From the NCBI RefSeq assembly GCF_009914755.1, contig NC_060940.1: 64,000 bases of DNA; one strand, written 5' to 3'. This DNA comes from the human T2T-CHM13v2.0 reference genome, Homo sapiens. The notes below the pieces were generated by a model, which saw only the letters and a list, made by a program, of their open reading frames with translations, was not told the DNA's origin and searched no databases. Within the stretch, counting starts at the first letter, position 1; the number at the start of each line of letters is the position of its first letter. The translations under genes were made by a program, and so were the position numbers. Of this stretch, positions 32,898 to 49,899 are shown in pieces.

Positions 32898-33814
32898 TCA
32901 GACCCTGCAGGGCCATGGAAACAGCCACAGGGGCTCAGGCAGCTGAAGAGAATGTTCTAGAATCCACAAAGAGCCTGGCCTGGCAGGAGCCTGGGGACCT
33001 GGAGATGCAGCCGGGTGCATCTATTCAGGCTTTCAAGCCTCCAGCAACCTGGAGACCTGCTGTCTCCACGCCTCGCCTCTCACACGGAGCCAGCCTGTGG
33101 GGCGAGTGGCTGCCTACTTCCACCACCCCGACTCCTCCGTGTTGGTTGGCCAGGGTAATGAGAATGTGCTTGTTTTGATGAAATGTCAATCACTTGTATA
33201 TAAATATCTATATTTAGGACTCCTTTAGAAAATAAGAAAATCTGGGAGCACACAGTCACCATGCAGCTGCCCTCTTTAGAAAGACACGCGCCCTCCCCTG
33301 GCCACAGTCCCCACCTCTCCCTGTTGTCTCCTTGGTGCCCAGCCTCCAGCCCTCCTCCCCGTACTTGCCAGGCCCCGGAGGCCTTGGATCCCCAGTCCCC
33401 TGCCCAGAGATGCCCCGGGGCAGCCAACCCCATGCCAGACGAGAGTCTCAACCGAGCAGGGAGGCAGGCTGAGACGCAGGAGGCCTTGCCCACTTAGAAT
33501 CAGCCACCAGTGATACAGAGGGTGGAGGAGGAGAGGCAGGAGGATGGAGGAAGGACATGCCAAGGTCTCAAGCTGGAGAACACGGGGCTGATGGGGAGGT
33601 GGCAGAGACAGGGCCTGCTGGGAGAAGCAGGAAAGGCAGAGAATGTGTCCATGCGTCCGGAGCCCTGACCTGTGGTGGGGCCGTTCTGTCGGCAACCGGG
33701 ACATGCGCTTGTCTGAGTTCCAGGAAGAGAGAGCTGTGTGCACATCCTGTCATCAGAGCAGCTTGAAATAAATGCCCCTATTTGTGTATCCGATTGGCAA
33801 CAAGTAAAAGATTA

Positions 33815-34045
33815 ATGATAGGAGACAGAAAGCAGATGAGTGGCTGCCGGGGGCCAGGGAGGGGGTGGGGAGTGACTGCCTAATTGATACGAGTTTTCCT
33901 TTTGGGGTGACAGGAAAGTTCTGGGGCTAGAGCAGCGGGGGTGGCACAATATCGTGAGTGTGCTGAATGCAACGGACTGGATCACTTTAAAATAGTTAAA
34001 ATGGTAAGTCCTATGTCGCGTGTATCTTACCACAGTTAAAAAAAG
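33815..34045 (+). mobile_element. L1MB-type 3' end
   Basis: gagacagaaagcagatgagtggctgcc..ttttggggtgacaggaaagttctgg..cactttaaaatagttaaaatggtaa. Confidence 0.8.
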
Positions 34046-34149
34046 ATGACTCATATCCATTGTTGGTGAGGGCAGGGGAAAGGGGGCAGACTGTCAATCA
34101 ACACGTGGCTTCGGGAGGACAATTTGGTAATTCACATCCATAATGTCCT

Positions 34150-34300
34150 TTTTTATGTTTTAATTTTTAATTTTTATTTTTTGTAGAGACGGGGATCTCA
34201 TTTTGTTGCCCCAGCTGGTCTCAAACTCCTGGCCTCAAGTGATCCTCCCAATTCGGCCTCTCGAAGTGCTGCGATGACAGGAATGAGCCACTGCTCATGC
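34150..34300 (-). mobile_element. FLAM/Alu monomer
   Basis: Single antisense left arm. Confidence 0.8.
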
Positions 34301-34444
34301 AGCACACATCGATAATTTAAATGGTTAGCCCAAAAATCTTTTAGAAATCCACCCCACAGAAATTCTGAAATAAAGACTTGTGTGAAAGGAGGTTCAAGAC
34401 AGAAGTGTTCCTTAAAAGCGCAATTGCTGGAAACCATAGGAATG

Positions 34445-34990
34445 CCTTACCAGTTTTCTTTTGTTGTGTAACAAAGTACAACAAACTTGATGACTTCAGA
34501 CAACACTCTTCCCTCCCCATAAAAACACCCAAGTCACTGGTGATGTCACAGTTCTGCAGTTGAGAAGTCTGGACAAGCACGGTTGGACTCTCTGCTCAGG
34601 GCATCCTAAGGCCAAAATCAAGGTGCCAGCTCACTGCATTCTCACCTGGAGCCCAAGGGCCTCTTCTGAGATCACTTGGTGGCTTTAAGACAGGGGTTCC
34701 CGTATTTCCCAACTGTGAGAGCCATGAGCCATCCTTACCTCCTGGAGGCCTTTCTGACCCACCCCCCGCAACAATGGAGAATTTCCCTGTTCCCTGAAGT
34801 CAAATCCCTCTCCTACTTACAATCTCCCTGTCAGAAAGAATCCCAGCCCTTTTAAGGGCTCGACTGATTGGGTCAGGCCCACTGAGGGTCATCTCCCATT
34901 CTCAAAGTCAACAATGTCATAAAACACACTCTAATCTAATCACAGAGTGATACCCCCATCACGTTGGTAGGATCCTTTATGGGTTATAGA
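34445..34990 (-). mobile_element. MLT1 solo LTR
   Basis: tgtgtaacaaagtac..tcacagttctg..ggccaaaatcaaggtg..ttttaagggctcgactgattgggtcaggccc. Confidence 0.75.
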
Positions 34991-35273
34991 CGTCAGCCTC
35001 AACAGTGTCTGTCAACAGGGGACTAGTTCATCTCCATAATCTCAAATACTGGAGACTTTTTCAATAAATGAGATATCTCTATATGAACATTTTCCTTGAG
35101 GTGTTGTTAACGACATGCAAATAATTGATGCAATTTCATCAGTTTCCTTGATGTAATTGCAAAACTACACATATACCTATTATATATATATAATTTCATG
35201 TATAATTGTATATGTACAATTTCACTTACATATATAAAATTTCATTTTGTTAAAAAAAAAAAAATCTATGCAT

Positions 35274-35580
35274 GGCCCGGGTGCGGTGGCTCACACCTGT
35301 AATCCTAGCACTTTGGGAGGCCGAGGCAAGCAGATTGCCTGAGCTCAGGAGTTCAAGACCACCCTGGGCAACATGGTGAAACCCTATCTCTACTAAAATA
35401 CAAAAAATTAGCTGGGTGTGGTGGTGGGTGCCTATAGTCCCAGCTACTCAGGAGGCTGAGGCACAAGGATCACTTGAGCCCAGGAGGCAGAGGTTGCAGT
35501 GAGTCTAGATCATGCCACTGCACCCCAGCCTGGGCGACAGAGTGAGACTCTGTCTCAAAAAAAAAAAAAAAAAAAAAAGA
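35274..35580 (+). mobile_element. AluS
   Basis: Full dimer; TSD aaatctatgcat. Confidence 0.94.
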
Positions 35581-35741
35581 AATCTATGCATTCTTGTACA
35601 AGTGTGTGTATGTGTACATGCACAAAGAAAAGTCTGGAAGAATATAGACCAAACTATAAATAGCAAGTACCTCAAAGAAGGGAGGCTGTATGAAGCAGAA
35701 TTCTCACTTTTTATTTTATATACTCTGTATTATTAAAATTA

Positions 35742-36079
<338 letters not shown>

Positions 36080-36205
36080 GATTGAAACATTAAATTTAAA
36101 ACAAGCTCACAATGTAATCACTAAATTTTTAAGGTTCATAAAGGAAAGCTGGTCCCCCCTGACTGGCCTCCCCCTCACTGGGAGAAATTCTCAAGCCAGC
36201 TCATC

Positions 36206-36529
36206 TTTTGTTTTGTTTTTTGTTTGTTTGTTTGTTTGTTTGTTTTGAGACAGGGTCTTACTCTGTCACCCAGGCTGGAGTGCAATGACACCATCATAGC
36301 TCATTGCAGCCTCAACCTCATGGACTCAGGTGATCCTCTAGCCTCAACCTCCCAAGTAGCTGAGATTACAGGTGCATACCATCACATCTGGCTAATCTTT
36401 ATTTTTCTGTAGACATGGGGAGCCTCATTATGTTTCCCAGCTTGTGTCAAACTCCTGGGCTCAAGTGATCCTCCCTCTGTAGCCTCTCAAAGTGCTGGGA
36501 TTGCAAGCATGAGCCACTGTGTCCAGCCC
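36206..36529 (-). mobile_element. AluJ
   Basis: Antisense Alu with (TTTG)n tail. Confidence 0.9.
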
Positions 36530-36877
36530 AGACTTGTTATTTTTCAGTTTTGAACTATTTCTTAGTGACTCTTGAACTTCCTCATTGTTAAGTGAGAGGT
36601 CTAGAAATCAGAGCGTGGTGAGGACCCAGAACCACACCCGATGCTCTGTTCTCTCAGAGGGGCCCAAATACCTCTGTGCAGACAGCGGCAGGGTAGAGGG
36701 ACTGTCCACACTGGAGGTCAGCAGCACCCCTGAGACCTGAATCAGGCTGAGGGTCAAGAGCTGGAGAGGATGGAGCGGGGTGGGCTCACACACCAGGCAG
36801 CAGGGATGGGTTCCCAGCAGGGTGGTATAAGTCAGGCTTGGTGCCCAAAGTAGGAATGATTCTATTCTGCCAGAGGG

Positions 36878-38010
<1,133 letters not shown>

Positions 38011-38604
38011 TAAGCATTTCAGGCAGAAGACAACTGAACACAAGGTGTTCGATGCTGACGAAACTGACGGGTTGGATGGAGGGCTGTAAGGACCCCCCAG
38101 ATGCTGCAGAACCGACTCACCAGCAAGGCTGCCATGATCAGGAATACGGAGAATCAGAAACCTTCCCGAGGGACCGTTGAGCCAAGCACACCCTCAGAGC
38201 TGCACCCCAGGGATCGGAGCCCCACAGCTGCCTCCGCACCTACCTCCGCACCTGCCTCCAGGCACCCACGAAGCTGGAGACTGGACACTCATATCCGCAC
38301 AACCTTGCCTGCCAAGAGAAAATGGGCCACTGAGAGATGCTTCTGCCTCCCTCCTGTCTTCCAAATCTCATGTGAACGTGCTTAACTGTCACAACCAAAT
38401 GTGCCCCCAAAACCCCGGATGTCAGAGAGTCTGGGTAATTCATTTTAAGTTTTCAGTGTTGAAAGCCCTGGAAGGAAGTGGGAACGGATGCTGAGTACCA
38501 AGAGTCACTACCTAGGATGGGGACTACACCACGGGAGGCCAAGAACTCAGACTGGGGCCCAGGAGGTGGGAGAGAATCAAGCTACAAGGTCCAACGCCAT
38601 GTTC

Positions 38605-39135
38605 ACTGTCTGAGCTGGGCCACGCTTGCATTGCTGTACAGAAACACCTGATACTGGACACTTTATAAGAAAAGAGATTTAATTGGCTCATGGTTCTGCA
38701 GGCTGTACAGAAAGCATAGCACTGGCATCTGCTTCTGGGGAGGCCCCAGAAAGCTCCCAATCGTGGCAGAAGGCAAAGAGGGAGCTCACATTGCGTGAGC
38801 AGGAGCAAGAAAGAGGCGGCGAGGAGGTGCCACACAATTAAACAACGAGATCTCATAAGAATTTACTCACTATCACAACGACAGCACCAAGGGCATGAGC
38901 TAAACCATCCATGAGAAATCCACCCCACCCAGGAGGCGGAGGCTGCAGTGAGCTGAGATGGCGCCACTGCACTCCAGCCTGGGTGACAAAGTGGGACCTT
39001 GCCTCAAAAAAAAAAAAAAAAAATAGAAATCCACTACCATGATCCAGTCACCTCCCACCAGGCCCCACCTCCAACACTGGGGACTACAGTTCAACATGAG
39101 ATTTGAGCAGGGCCAAGTATACAAACTTTATCACC
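38605..39135 (-). mobile_element. MSTA/MSTB solo LTR with 5'-truncated Alu (38928-39025, +)
   Basis: ttgcattgct..tttaattggctcatggttctgcaggctgtacag..ccaccaggccccacctccaacactgggga; Alu TSD gaaatccac. Confidence 0.88.
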
Positions 39136-39339
39136 ACTCCAGCTGCAGCGAAAGCCTTGACACCTTGACCTGGTCCCCGGTCTAGGTTTCCTGGGTGACC
39201 TTGTGGTCTTTAAACATAGTATCGGGATCAAGTTTCTCTGCTTTAACCTCAGATAGCTGAGCAGATTCACTCCTGCGAAGCTCGCACTCTGGTAATTATT
39301 GATCATCACAATCTTAGTGGCTGTTCTGCCTTGAGTGGC

Positions 39340-39530
39340 TGTTGCTTGCCAAGCACTGTGCTGAGAGCATCGTGCATTACTCTGCATCAGGTATTTTACA
39401 GCAACCGTATATGATTAGGACTGTCGTTACTATTATCGTTTAGAAGGTGATGAAACTGAGGCTCAGAGAGGTTTTATAACTTGCCCAAGGTCACACAGCA
39501 AGTAAATGACAGAGCCAGGATTAGAACCTA
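39340..39530 (-). mobile_element. MIR
   Basis: gaaactgaggctcagagagg..aacttgcccaaggtcacacagc. Confidence 0.85.
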
Positions 39531-39921
39531 TTTGCTGAACCACTTGATGACATTGGCTGCCACTATTCATTCTGATTTTATTTTTAAATAAGAAAACAAA
39601 TCTGTGCTTCCTAAATCAAGTTTGTTTGGAAGACAATTGTCCCAAAATATAAAATGCATGGGGAGGTGAATAGTAAAAGGAATGCTTTGTAGGGAAGGAA
39701 CCGGAGCCTGTGGTACTCAGTGACCCCTGTGCCATTTCAGAGCCAACATTCTGTTCTACAAGCATGCCTCTTTATTCTCTGTTCAGTAGCAACTGGGACC
39801 GCATCCATGCTGGAAGTTACTACCCGTGGAGCCAGGGTGGGAGGCGGGCTCGGGGGAGGAGGGCCTGCTTCTTGGAGGATGCTCTGTGATCCTCCCTGAA
39901 GCGATCTACAATATGGTCCCA

Positions 39922-39939
39922 GAGTTGCCATAGCAACTC
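39922..39939. promoter_or_regulatory. RFX X-box palindrome
   Basis: GAGTTGCCATAGCAACTC; core GTTGCCATAGCAAC fits the X-box consensus GTNRCC(N0-3)RGYAAC. Confidence 0.6.
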
Positions 39940-40727
39940 CCCATCTGGGCTATTTGAATGAAATAAAGGAAGCAACTTCTCTCTGCAGACTATTGTGACT
40001 TTGAAGAATGACTCCTTCAGCAGACGTTTAACAGTGTCACCCAGGGGTGGCAAAAGCAAATGCTCACAGGAAGCGAACAGACAACGTAAAGGAGCTAAGG
40101 AAAGGACGGCAGGGAGGTTCATTGGGTAGCTGGGGGCTGGAGGGCCCTGGGTAGTGCACCTCCCCCTGCCCCCATCCACGCAGGCAGCTGCAGCTCAATC
40201 ATAGCCCCTTGTTACTCCGCAGGAATGTAAACCCAAGGTTACTGGATCTTCAGGTTTGTCAAGAAAAGCTGAAAGCTAGATTTTTAGGTGAAACCTTTGC
40301 ATCTTTAAATGTTAGCACCCAATCCAAACTTCGGACTGGGACTTCCAGGCGCTGTTGTGCAAGTCATGCCCTGCACGACTCCGAGGACGTCGGTTTCATG
40401 TTTGTTCCAGTGTGGAGTGCTCCCTACAGTAAACTGCACACTGCGCAGCCAGGTGTGTGTAATCCTGTAATGTCAGGGGGCCGAATTTGGCTTGTCACCA
40501 GTGTGCCAATTCCAATTCTAAGTATCCAGCCGTAGAGGTCTGGCTAGAGAAATTATTGTTCAACTAACCAATATAAGCCACCAAAAATAGTGAATAGCGT
40601 TCATAGATGTGAAAAGGTGTTCACAATATATTGACATGTGAAAAAAGCACATTACAAAAATATAAACAGAGCATAATCTTAGTTTTTGAAAATAAAGATG
40701 TACACGTTGCATTAAAAAGTCTGCAAA

Positions 40728-40882
40728 AAGAGAGGAGGGAGGGCATTAGGAAGAAGAGCTAATGCCTGCTGGGCTTGGTACCTAGGTGATGGGTTGATAG
40801 GTGTAGCAAACTACCTTGGCACACGTTTACCCATATAACAAACGTGCACATCCAGTACATGTACCCCAGAACTTAAAATTTT
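40728..40882 (+). mobile_element. L1PA 3' terminal fragment
   Basis: gctaatgcctgctgggctt..cctaggtgatgggttgataggtg..gtaccccagaacttaaa; TSD-like agtctgcaa. Confidence 0.85.
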
Positions 40883-41013
40883 TCAAAATAGTCTGCAAGG
40901 TTGCACCCCCAAATGTGACAACAGTAACCTCAGAGAGGTATAAAGTCATTTTTATTTTCATCTTCTTTATCTCTGTGTTTTCTCAATATTTTTTGATGGC
41001 ATGTAAATACTTA

Positions 41014-41397
<384 letters not shown>

Positions 41398-43064
41398 CTA
41401 GCAAAAAGGAAGAGAGTAGGACTGTGGCCAAAAGCAATGCTTTTCAAACTCCAACGTATTTCAGCATGGCCCTGGACAGTTAGCTCAAACACAGATTACT
41501 ACCTGCCCTGGCTGTGCCTGGGATAGGTCTTGTGGAATGTGCTGTTTAAGCTAGTATCCAGGTGACGCTAGTGCTTGGGTCCCCAGACCATGCATTCCAA
41601 ACACTGGAACAAAAGCCTTATTAGGCTCTATCCTCTGTAAAGATATTCTCATAAGAATATCTAAGAATCATCTGGTAAACTCGTTTAAAATGTAGTCCTG
41701 GGACCATCCCCAAAGACTGAAACTCACGGGGTCTGGAGCGGTGCCCAGGAACCTGCATTTTCATAAATATACAGGGTAGTTTTGCTGTAGGTGGTTTCTG
41801 GGGACAGCCTTTGAGAAGCACGGTTCTAAAAGCCAACCTGGAGATGGGATCGAGGGATTGCTGGTCTCTTTGTGGTATGAACTCATTTAGGTGGCATCCA
41901 TATATTAAGTGAGCAGCTACTGGGCTCCCACTGTTTGCCAGGCACTGGGCCAGGAGCTGGAGGAGCTGGACAGATGTATAAGACATGCCCCTGCTGCAGC
42001 CCTGGGCTCTACTAGGGATGATAGGGACTGCGGGGAGCCAGAGGCAGCCAGCACCCAGGTGGAAGGCATCTGAGGAGGCTGGGGGATGGGGACAGGGGTA
42101 TAGGAAACGAGGGCCTGGGCAGTGAATGCTCCCGGGCTGAGGGAGGCAGTCTACAGGAGGGCACTGGGAGCTTCAGTCTCTTGACCTTTCAGACAACGAA
42201 TTTGGTTCTCAGCAGCAACCAGCTGCATTGTGGTAGTGTTTGAATCTTCATACTCAGAACTCGTGCATTGAGCAGCAATCTATCCTCTCTGATCTTAATT
42301 GACCCATTGTAAGAACCCTCATTACTTTCTTCTTAGCATCCTGCCGACTCTTCCAACAGGTGTATTTTAAACCAAATCACCTGTTCCAGGTGAGCAGTTT
42401 GACATTCCTCCCTCTGATTGATATGTACTACATGAATTCCCTTCTGTGTTTAAAAAACGTTTCTTAACTTTAATACTCCAAAAAGACAGAAAACTAGGGA
42501 AAATTATCTAATTTCCACCTACCCATTACACAGATGATAACATCTTACTATATGCATCTGTAAGGTTTGTTACCCAGATGCTAACATCTTACTTATTTCC
42601 TTCAGCTTTTTAAAAAATACATGAGCCCAGAAAGACACAGCAAAGCTCCACTCCAGCACTGTCTTTCCCCTCTTCCCTCCCTCCTCCCACCCTCCTCCCA
42701 CCCTCCTCCCAGGGCTCACCTCTCGTTTTCATTGTGCCCGATGCATCTCTGCTCGGGTGGACCTACTCAAAACCAAGGTCTGAGGATTTTGTTTGGAAAT
42801 TTAGCACAAGTGTTATCACTGTTCCCCGATCACTTTGTAAGCTGCCTTTTATACCTGCCTTTATGTTCTGGGGTTTAATAGAGCCATCACAGCTTGTCTT
42901 GCCTGTGCGTGCACGCAGTGGTGTGGCCTGTCCTCCGCAGTGACACTGGACATGGGAACTGCTGGGGATGAACCAAGAAGCAAAGAATTCAGTGCCTGCT
43001 CTCTCATTCTCTCAGGTTTACCAGAAATAACCCATGGACTGTAGCCTTCAGTTCAAAGGGGTTT

Positions 43065-43516
<452 letters not shown>

Positions 43517-44214
43517 AAAGGGGCCTCTTTACTCGCTTATCCCCCAGTTGCAGTGGCAGCTCCCTCAACACGTTCCCAGCACAGGCAGATAGAACAGCCC
43601 CTGCCCCAGACTTCCTGGTGTGCCTTTAGCCTTAGGGCAACACCTGCCTCTCCTGCCCCACCCAGAGGGATTCAAAGTCCCACACCTCGCACCTGGGGAG
43701 CACTTGGCAGAACCCAAAGCCTGGAGCACACGGCAGCCTCCACAGCCCCCTCCTGGTAGCGGTATCTTAAGACTCCCTCAGAGACGATTAAAAGGGTGGA
43801 GGACTCAGGGTAACGGGGTCAAGCAGCTGGGTTGGAAGAGCCAGACAGGTGGACAGGCGCACGGGATAGCTGTCCTCCAGGGCCAGCCCTGGGGCAGAGC
43901 CAGAGGCAAGAGCCAGCACCCAGGCGGAGAAAGCCAGAAAGGCATCTGGTCTCATTGCCTAGTTCGGCATAGGCTAGGTCCGAGCCCCATCTGAGCAGGT
44001 ATGGATTCTGGGTGTGGCTCAAAGAGCTGGGCAGGGCCCCACCTCCTCCCCTTTCAGACTGGGGAACTCCACTGAAGCTGATTCACTGACCACTTAGTGA
44101 GCACCTACTGTGTACAAGGCCTCACGCCAGGCACTGGGATGGGGCACCTGCCCCAGAGAGGCGCACAGTTAGTGGGGGAGGGGAGAAGCAACTGGAGGAG
44201 GGAGGGAAGAGGGC

Positions 44215-44650
44215 GGACTCATTCCCCATGGCTGCCACAGTCAGTCACCACACCGGGGGCTCAACACAACACAAAGATATTCTCTCACGATTCTGGAGGT
44301 CAGAAGTCAAAAATCAAAGTGTGGGCAGGGCCATGCTCCCTCTGGAAGCTCTAGGGGAAGCTTCCTGCCTCTTCTAGCTCCTGGTGGCTCCAAGCTTGCA
44401 GAGGCCTCACTCCAATCTCTGCCTCTGCCTTCACGTGTCCGCCTCTCTTGTCTCTCATCTCTCATCTCTCTTGCCTCTTGTCTCTGTCTAAAATCTCCCT
44501 GTGATGCCTGTTACGGGATTTAGGTGCTGCCCTAAATCCAGGATGATCTTTAATTATATCTATAAAGACCCTTTTTCTACATAAGATCACATTTACAGGT
44601 TCTGGGGCACAGACAAATCTTTTGGGAGCCATGATTCAGCCCACTTCACA
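44215..44650 (-). mobile_element. MLT1 solo LTR
   Basis: ttctctcacgattctggaggtcagaagtcaaaaatcaaagtgtgggcagggcc..aagatcacatttacaggttctgggg. Confidence 0.82.
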
Positions 44651-45040
44651 GGACACAGGGAACCTTCTAGAAGAGGCAGACCAGCAGAGACCAGTCTCTC
44701 TCTAGAGGGAAAGAGAAGAGCCTTCAGAAAAGTAGAGGAAGGATGTCAGGGCCCGGATGCGGGCATGCGAGGAGGAAGGTGGACAAGGTCCTGGCTAGAG
44801 GGACACGCAGAGCCCCTCCAGCCCTTCCGGAAGTTTGCCATTGACCACAGGATGCTGAGTGGGTGAGGGGTAGCAAAAAGCTAACATGGAGCTGCTGTTG
44901 GAAAAAGGTGAAATTCTTTTCTTAATTTAGGATGAACTGTTCTGATGGGCAAGGAAAGGCTCAAAATTAAGGCTTAATCCTGAAGAAAAAAAGCTCTAAA
45001 AAATATTTTTCCCTTAGTTTCATGCCTTAAGAATTCATTT

Positions 45041-45765
<725 letters not shown>

Positions 45766-46599
45766 TAGCTTTTGTTTTTATGCTGTTGGGACACCTGGCC
45801 ATGGTGAAGTTTGGCCGCCTGGTCCTTCTTCCTCTTTGGATAGCAACCTGGATTACTGAAATTCCTGCTCCATCCTTCCTCCAGCCTGCAGGGAGCACCT
45901 GCTGAGGGAGTGCTGGGGAGTGCTGTTGTCCTGGTCCATGAGGCAGCTGAGGACCCCGGCAGACTAGCCAGTCTCTTTCCATTGCACAGAATGTTAGGGC
46001 TCACTCATTCATTCACTTCTGTGAAATCCTACAGCATGACCTCATGAAAAGATGCTTGAACCCGGCACTGCCTGGGTTCAAATCCTGGCTCAGCTGTTTC
46101 CTAGGTGTGTGTGGTAGGCTGTATTTCTCTTCACAAACGTTTGGTGACCCCCCTTGCAAGAGACTGGTACATCCCTGCCCGGCTGAACCTCGTATAGCTG
46201 TGTGACTTACCTTGGGAACTCTTCAGAGGAGGCAAGCATCCTGCCTAAGGTCACACGGCCTGTAGGCGGGGAACTCGGGTTCCAACCGTTCCCCTCACAC
46301 TGTGCTGGCTCCCAGTCCCAGCCCCACCTTCCCAACAGGGATCGAAGAGCCATGTCTTTTGCTCCCTCCCAGACCCTGCCCAGGTGGAGACATTTGTGTA
46401 CCCAAAGTGATGCCAGCCAAGCCCTAGATTCGTAGCAGCAGCCCACGGGCGGCGACACTGACAAGCAGGGGTAGAAGGATCAGACGGCTCCGTCACTGCC
46501 TCGGGGTTAGGCCTGAGCTGTTCATGGCCACAGCCCTTGCTCCAAACGAGGATGGTCCCCCAGGACTGTGCAGAGTCCCCATCGGAATCTAACAGATCA

Positions 46600-46800
46600 C
46601 ATCACGCTAAGCACCTGGCAAGGCTCAGCTCACTTAGTCCTTGTAATAAATGCATGAGGGAAGTGCTGTGATCTTTAGAGGGGGAAACTGAGGCTCAGAG
46701 AGGTGACACTACTGGCCAAGGTCATCTGGCGGGTGAACCACGGACCTCGGACTCAAACCTGAGCCCAAGGCTGAGCTCTGAGCCACGGCTGTGCTGCCTA
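46600..46800 (-). mobile_element. MIR
   Basis: ggaaactgaggctcagagaggtga..ccaaggtca. Confidence 0.8.
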
Positions 46801-47081
46801 CTGTCTCTTACTGAGTCATCTGGTGGCCGCGGCCGTTTCTGGTTCTTTCAAAAAATTCTTTCTACATCACTTGGACTATGCACATTTTCTGCTTCTTGTT
46901 TCTCTCTTTTATGGTTCACTAAGAAATGGGGAACAGAAAGATTTCAATGAGGGCAGCCCATCCTCAGGGCAGGAGCTGCACGGGAACTTTCCCCCAGCCA
47001 GGGCCGCACCCTGGGCCTGGACTCCCTCACCAGCCCCAGATAACCTCTGGGGTATAAACACCTGGCACAGCTGAGAAATAG

Positions 47082-47453
<372 letters not shown>

Positions 47454-47875
47454 TTAAAGCCAAGCTCCTTGACACACGAACAAGCTGCTTCAGACCCTGG
47501 CTCACCCGTGGGCAAACATTCCATGGAGCTTATGTCCACGCTTTCCTGTTCCTCCCCTCCTTTCCCCGCGTTCTCAGCTCAGGTACCACCTCCTTAGGGA
47601 AGCCCTCCCCCATACCCTAGCCAGATCCAGGGCCCTTGTGAGCTCTCATGGAACCTGGGCTTTTTTCTCTGAAGGAGACTTATCCTCATCTGGAAACACA
47701 CACCCTCTGGTGGGACAAGCTGATTAATATCCATCATCCCTGCTAGACTCAGCCTCCTTGAGGGTGGGGGCTGTCTGAGTTTGTTCATCATCAAATCCCC
47801 ATACCTAGGCCAGTGCCTGGCACATAGTAGGTGCTCAATAAACCTGTCTGCACTTGCCCTTCAAGATTCCAGTCA

Positions 47876-48343
<468 letters not shown>

Positions 48344-49251
48344 TCATCTGTATTTTCAAAGCTCCCAGTGATCCTAATTCACAGCCAGGGATGAGACCAC
48401 AGGCCTAGGGGCAGATTTGAGAGCTGCTCATTCTTTCTAGTCTGCTTTGGGGCAGGGAGTGGGGTGGGCAGTGGGCCTGGAGGAGGGCTTGGCCGACCAG
48501 GAGATTCCAGGAGAGGATGGAAGGCTTGCGGGACGCAGTGCATGAGTGACATGAAGTCATGCACCTACTGAGCCCATGTTCTGAACGGAGCTAAAACCCG
48601 TGCACTGGGAACGGACCTAGTTTAGCTCCCTCAGCTCTGGGTATAGGAAAAGACGGAAGCCCACAGAGCTAACAAGACCAGTGGCAGGCGTGAGATAAGA
48701 ACACTGCACCCTGACAGGCGCCCTTTGCCTGCACAATCCTCGCTGCTCCTTAAGCCTTTCTACACGTAGGCAATGTTGTCTATTTTGCAGATGAGGAAAC
48801 CGAGGCTGAGAGGTTAACTAAATTGCCTAAATCCACACAGCTGTGAACAGATGAGCAGCAATTAGAACCCAGACGTGGCTGGGGCGGGCTGGGGCTGGGG
48901 AGGGTGGTGACCTATGGCCCCCTGCCACCCTGGGCAGCATGATCAGGGCCTTGCCCATACCTTGTAGGATTCCTTCCTGCCCTGATTTCGGCTTCTGCCC
49001 TCTCTCCGCACCCTCCCTGCCCCACACTCAGCTCCTCCAAGCCCCGCTCTCTGTGTCTGAAACTCCTCTGCCCTGATTCTGGGCTCCCACAGGGTCTGGT
49101 GTGCTGGAAGTCCAGTTTCTCAGCTGTAGGATAACCTCGGAAAGGATGTCATGGCCAACGAGGAAGATGCTTTCTCTTGGCTTTTCCTAAACAGGCAGAC
49201 AGGGGAGTTCTGGCCACTCAAAAAGAATCACTACCTGTGGTCCCATCGCTA

Positions 49252-49640
<389 letters not shown>

Positions 49641-49899
49641 TCCCAGCTCTGCCACTTTCTATCTGGGTGACCTCGGGTGAATGAGTCCCTCTGAGCCTCA
49701 GATTTCAGGAAATGGGGACAAAAGCAGCACCTGTTTCTTATGGTTGCTAAGAATTAAATAAGCTATTGAATGTGAATGTGCCCGGCCTCAGCAGCTCCGC
49801 AAACACCTATTAAATCTGAAGGCGATGATGACTGCCTCTGTTATTACAGCAAAAAAAAAAAAAAGAACTTTGTAGGACAAATCAGAAACCAAACTGTTT

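Noticed and set aside
39740-39900. Peptide-like reads (ANILFYKH.., NWDRIHAGSYYPWSQG) suggesting a pseudo-exon
   Set aside because: In different frames with stops and no recognised homolog; would need BLASTx support.
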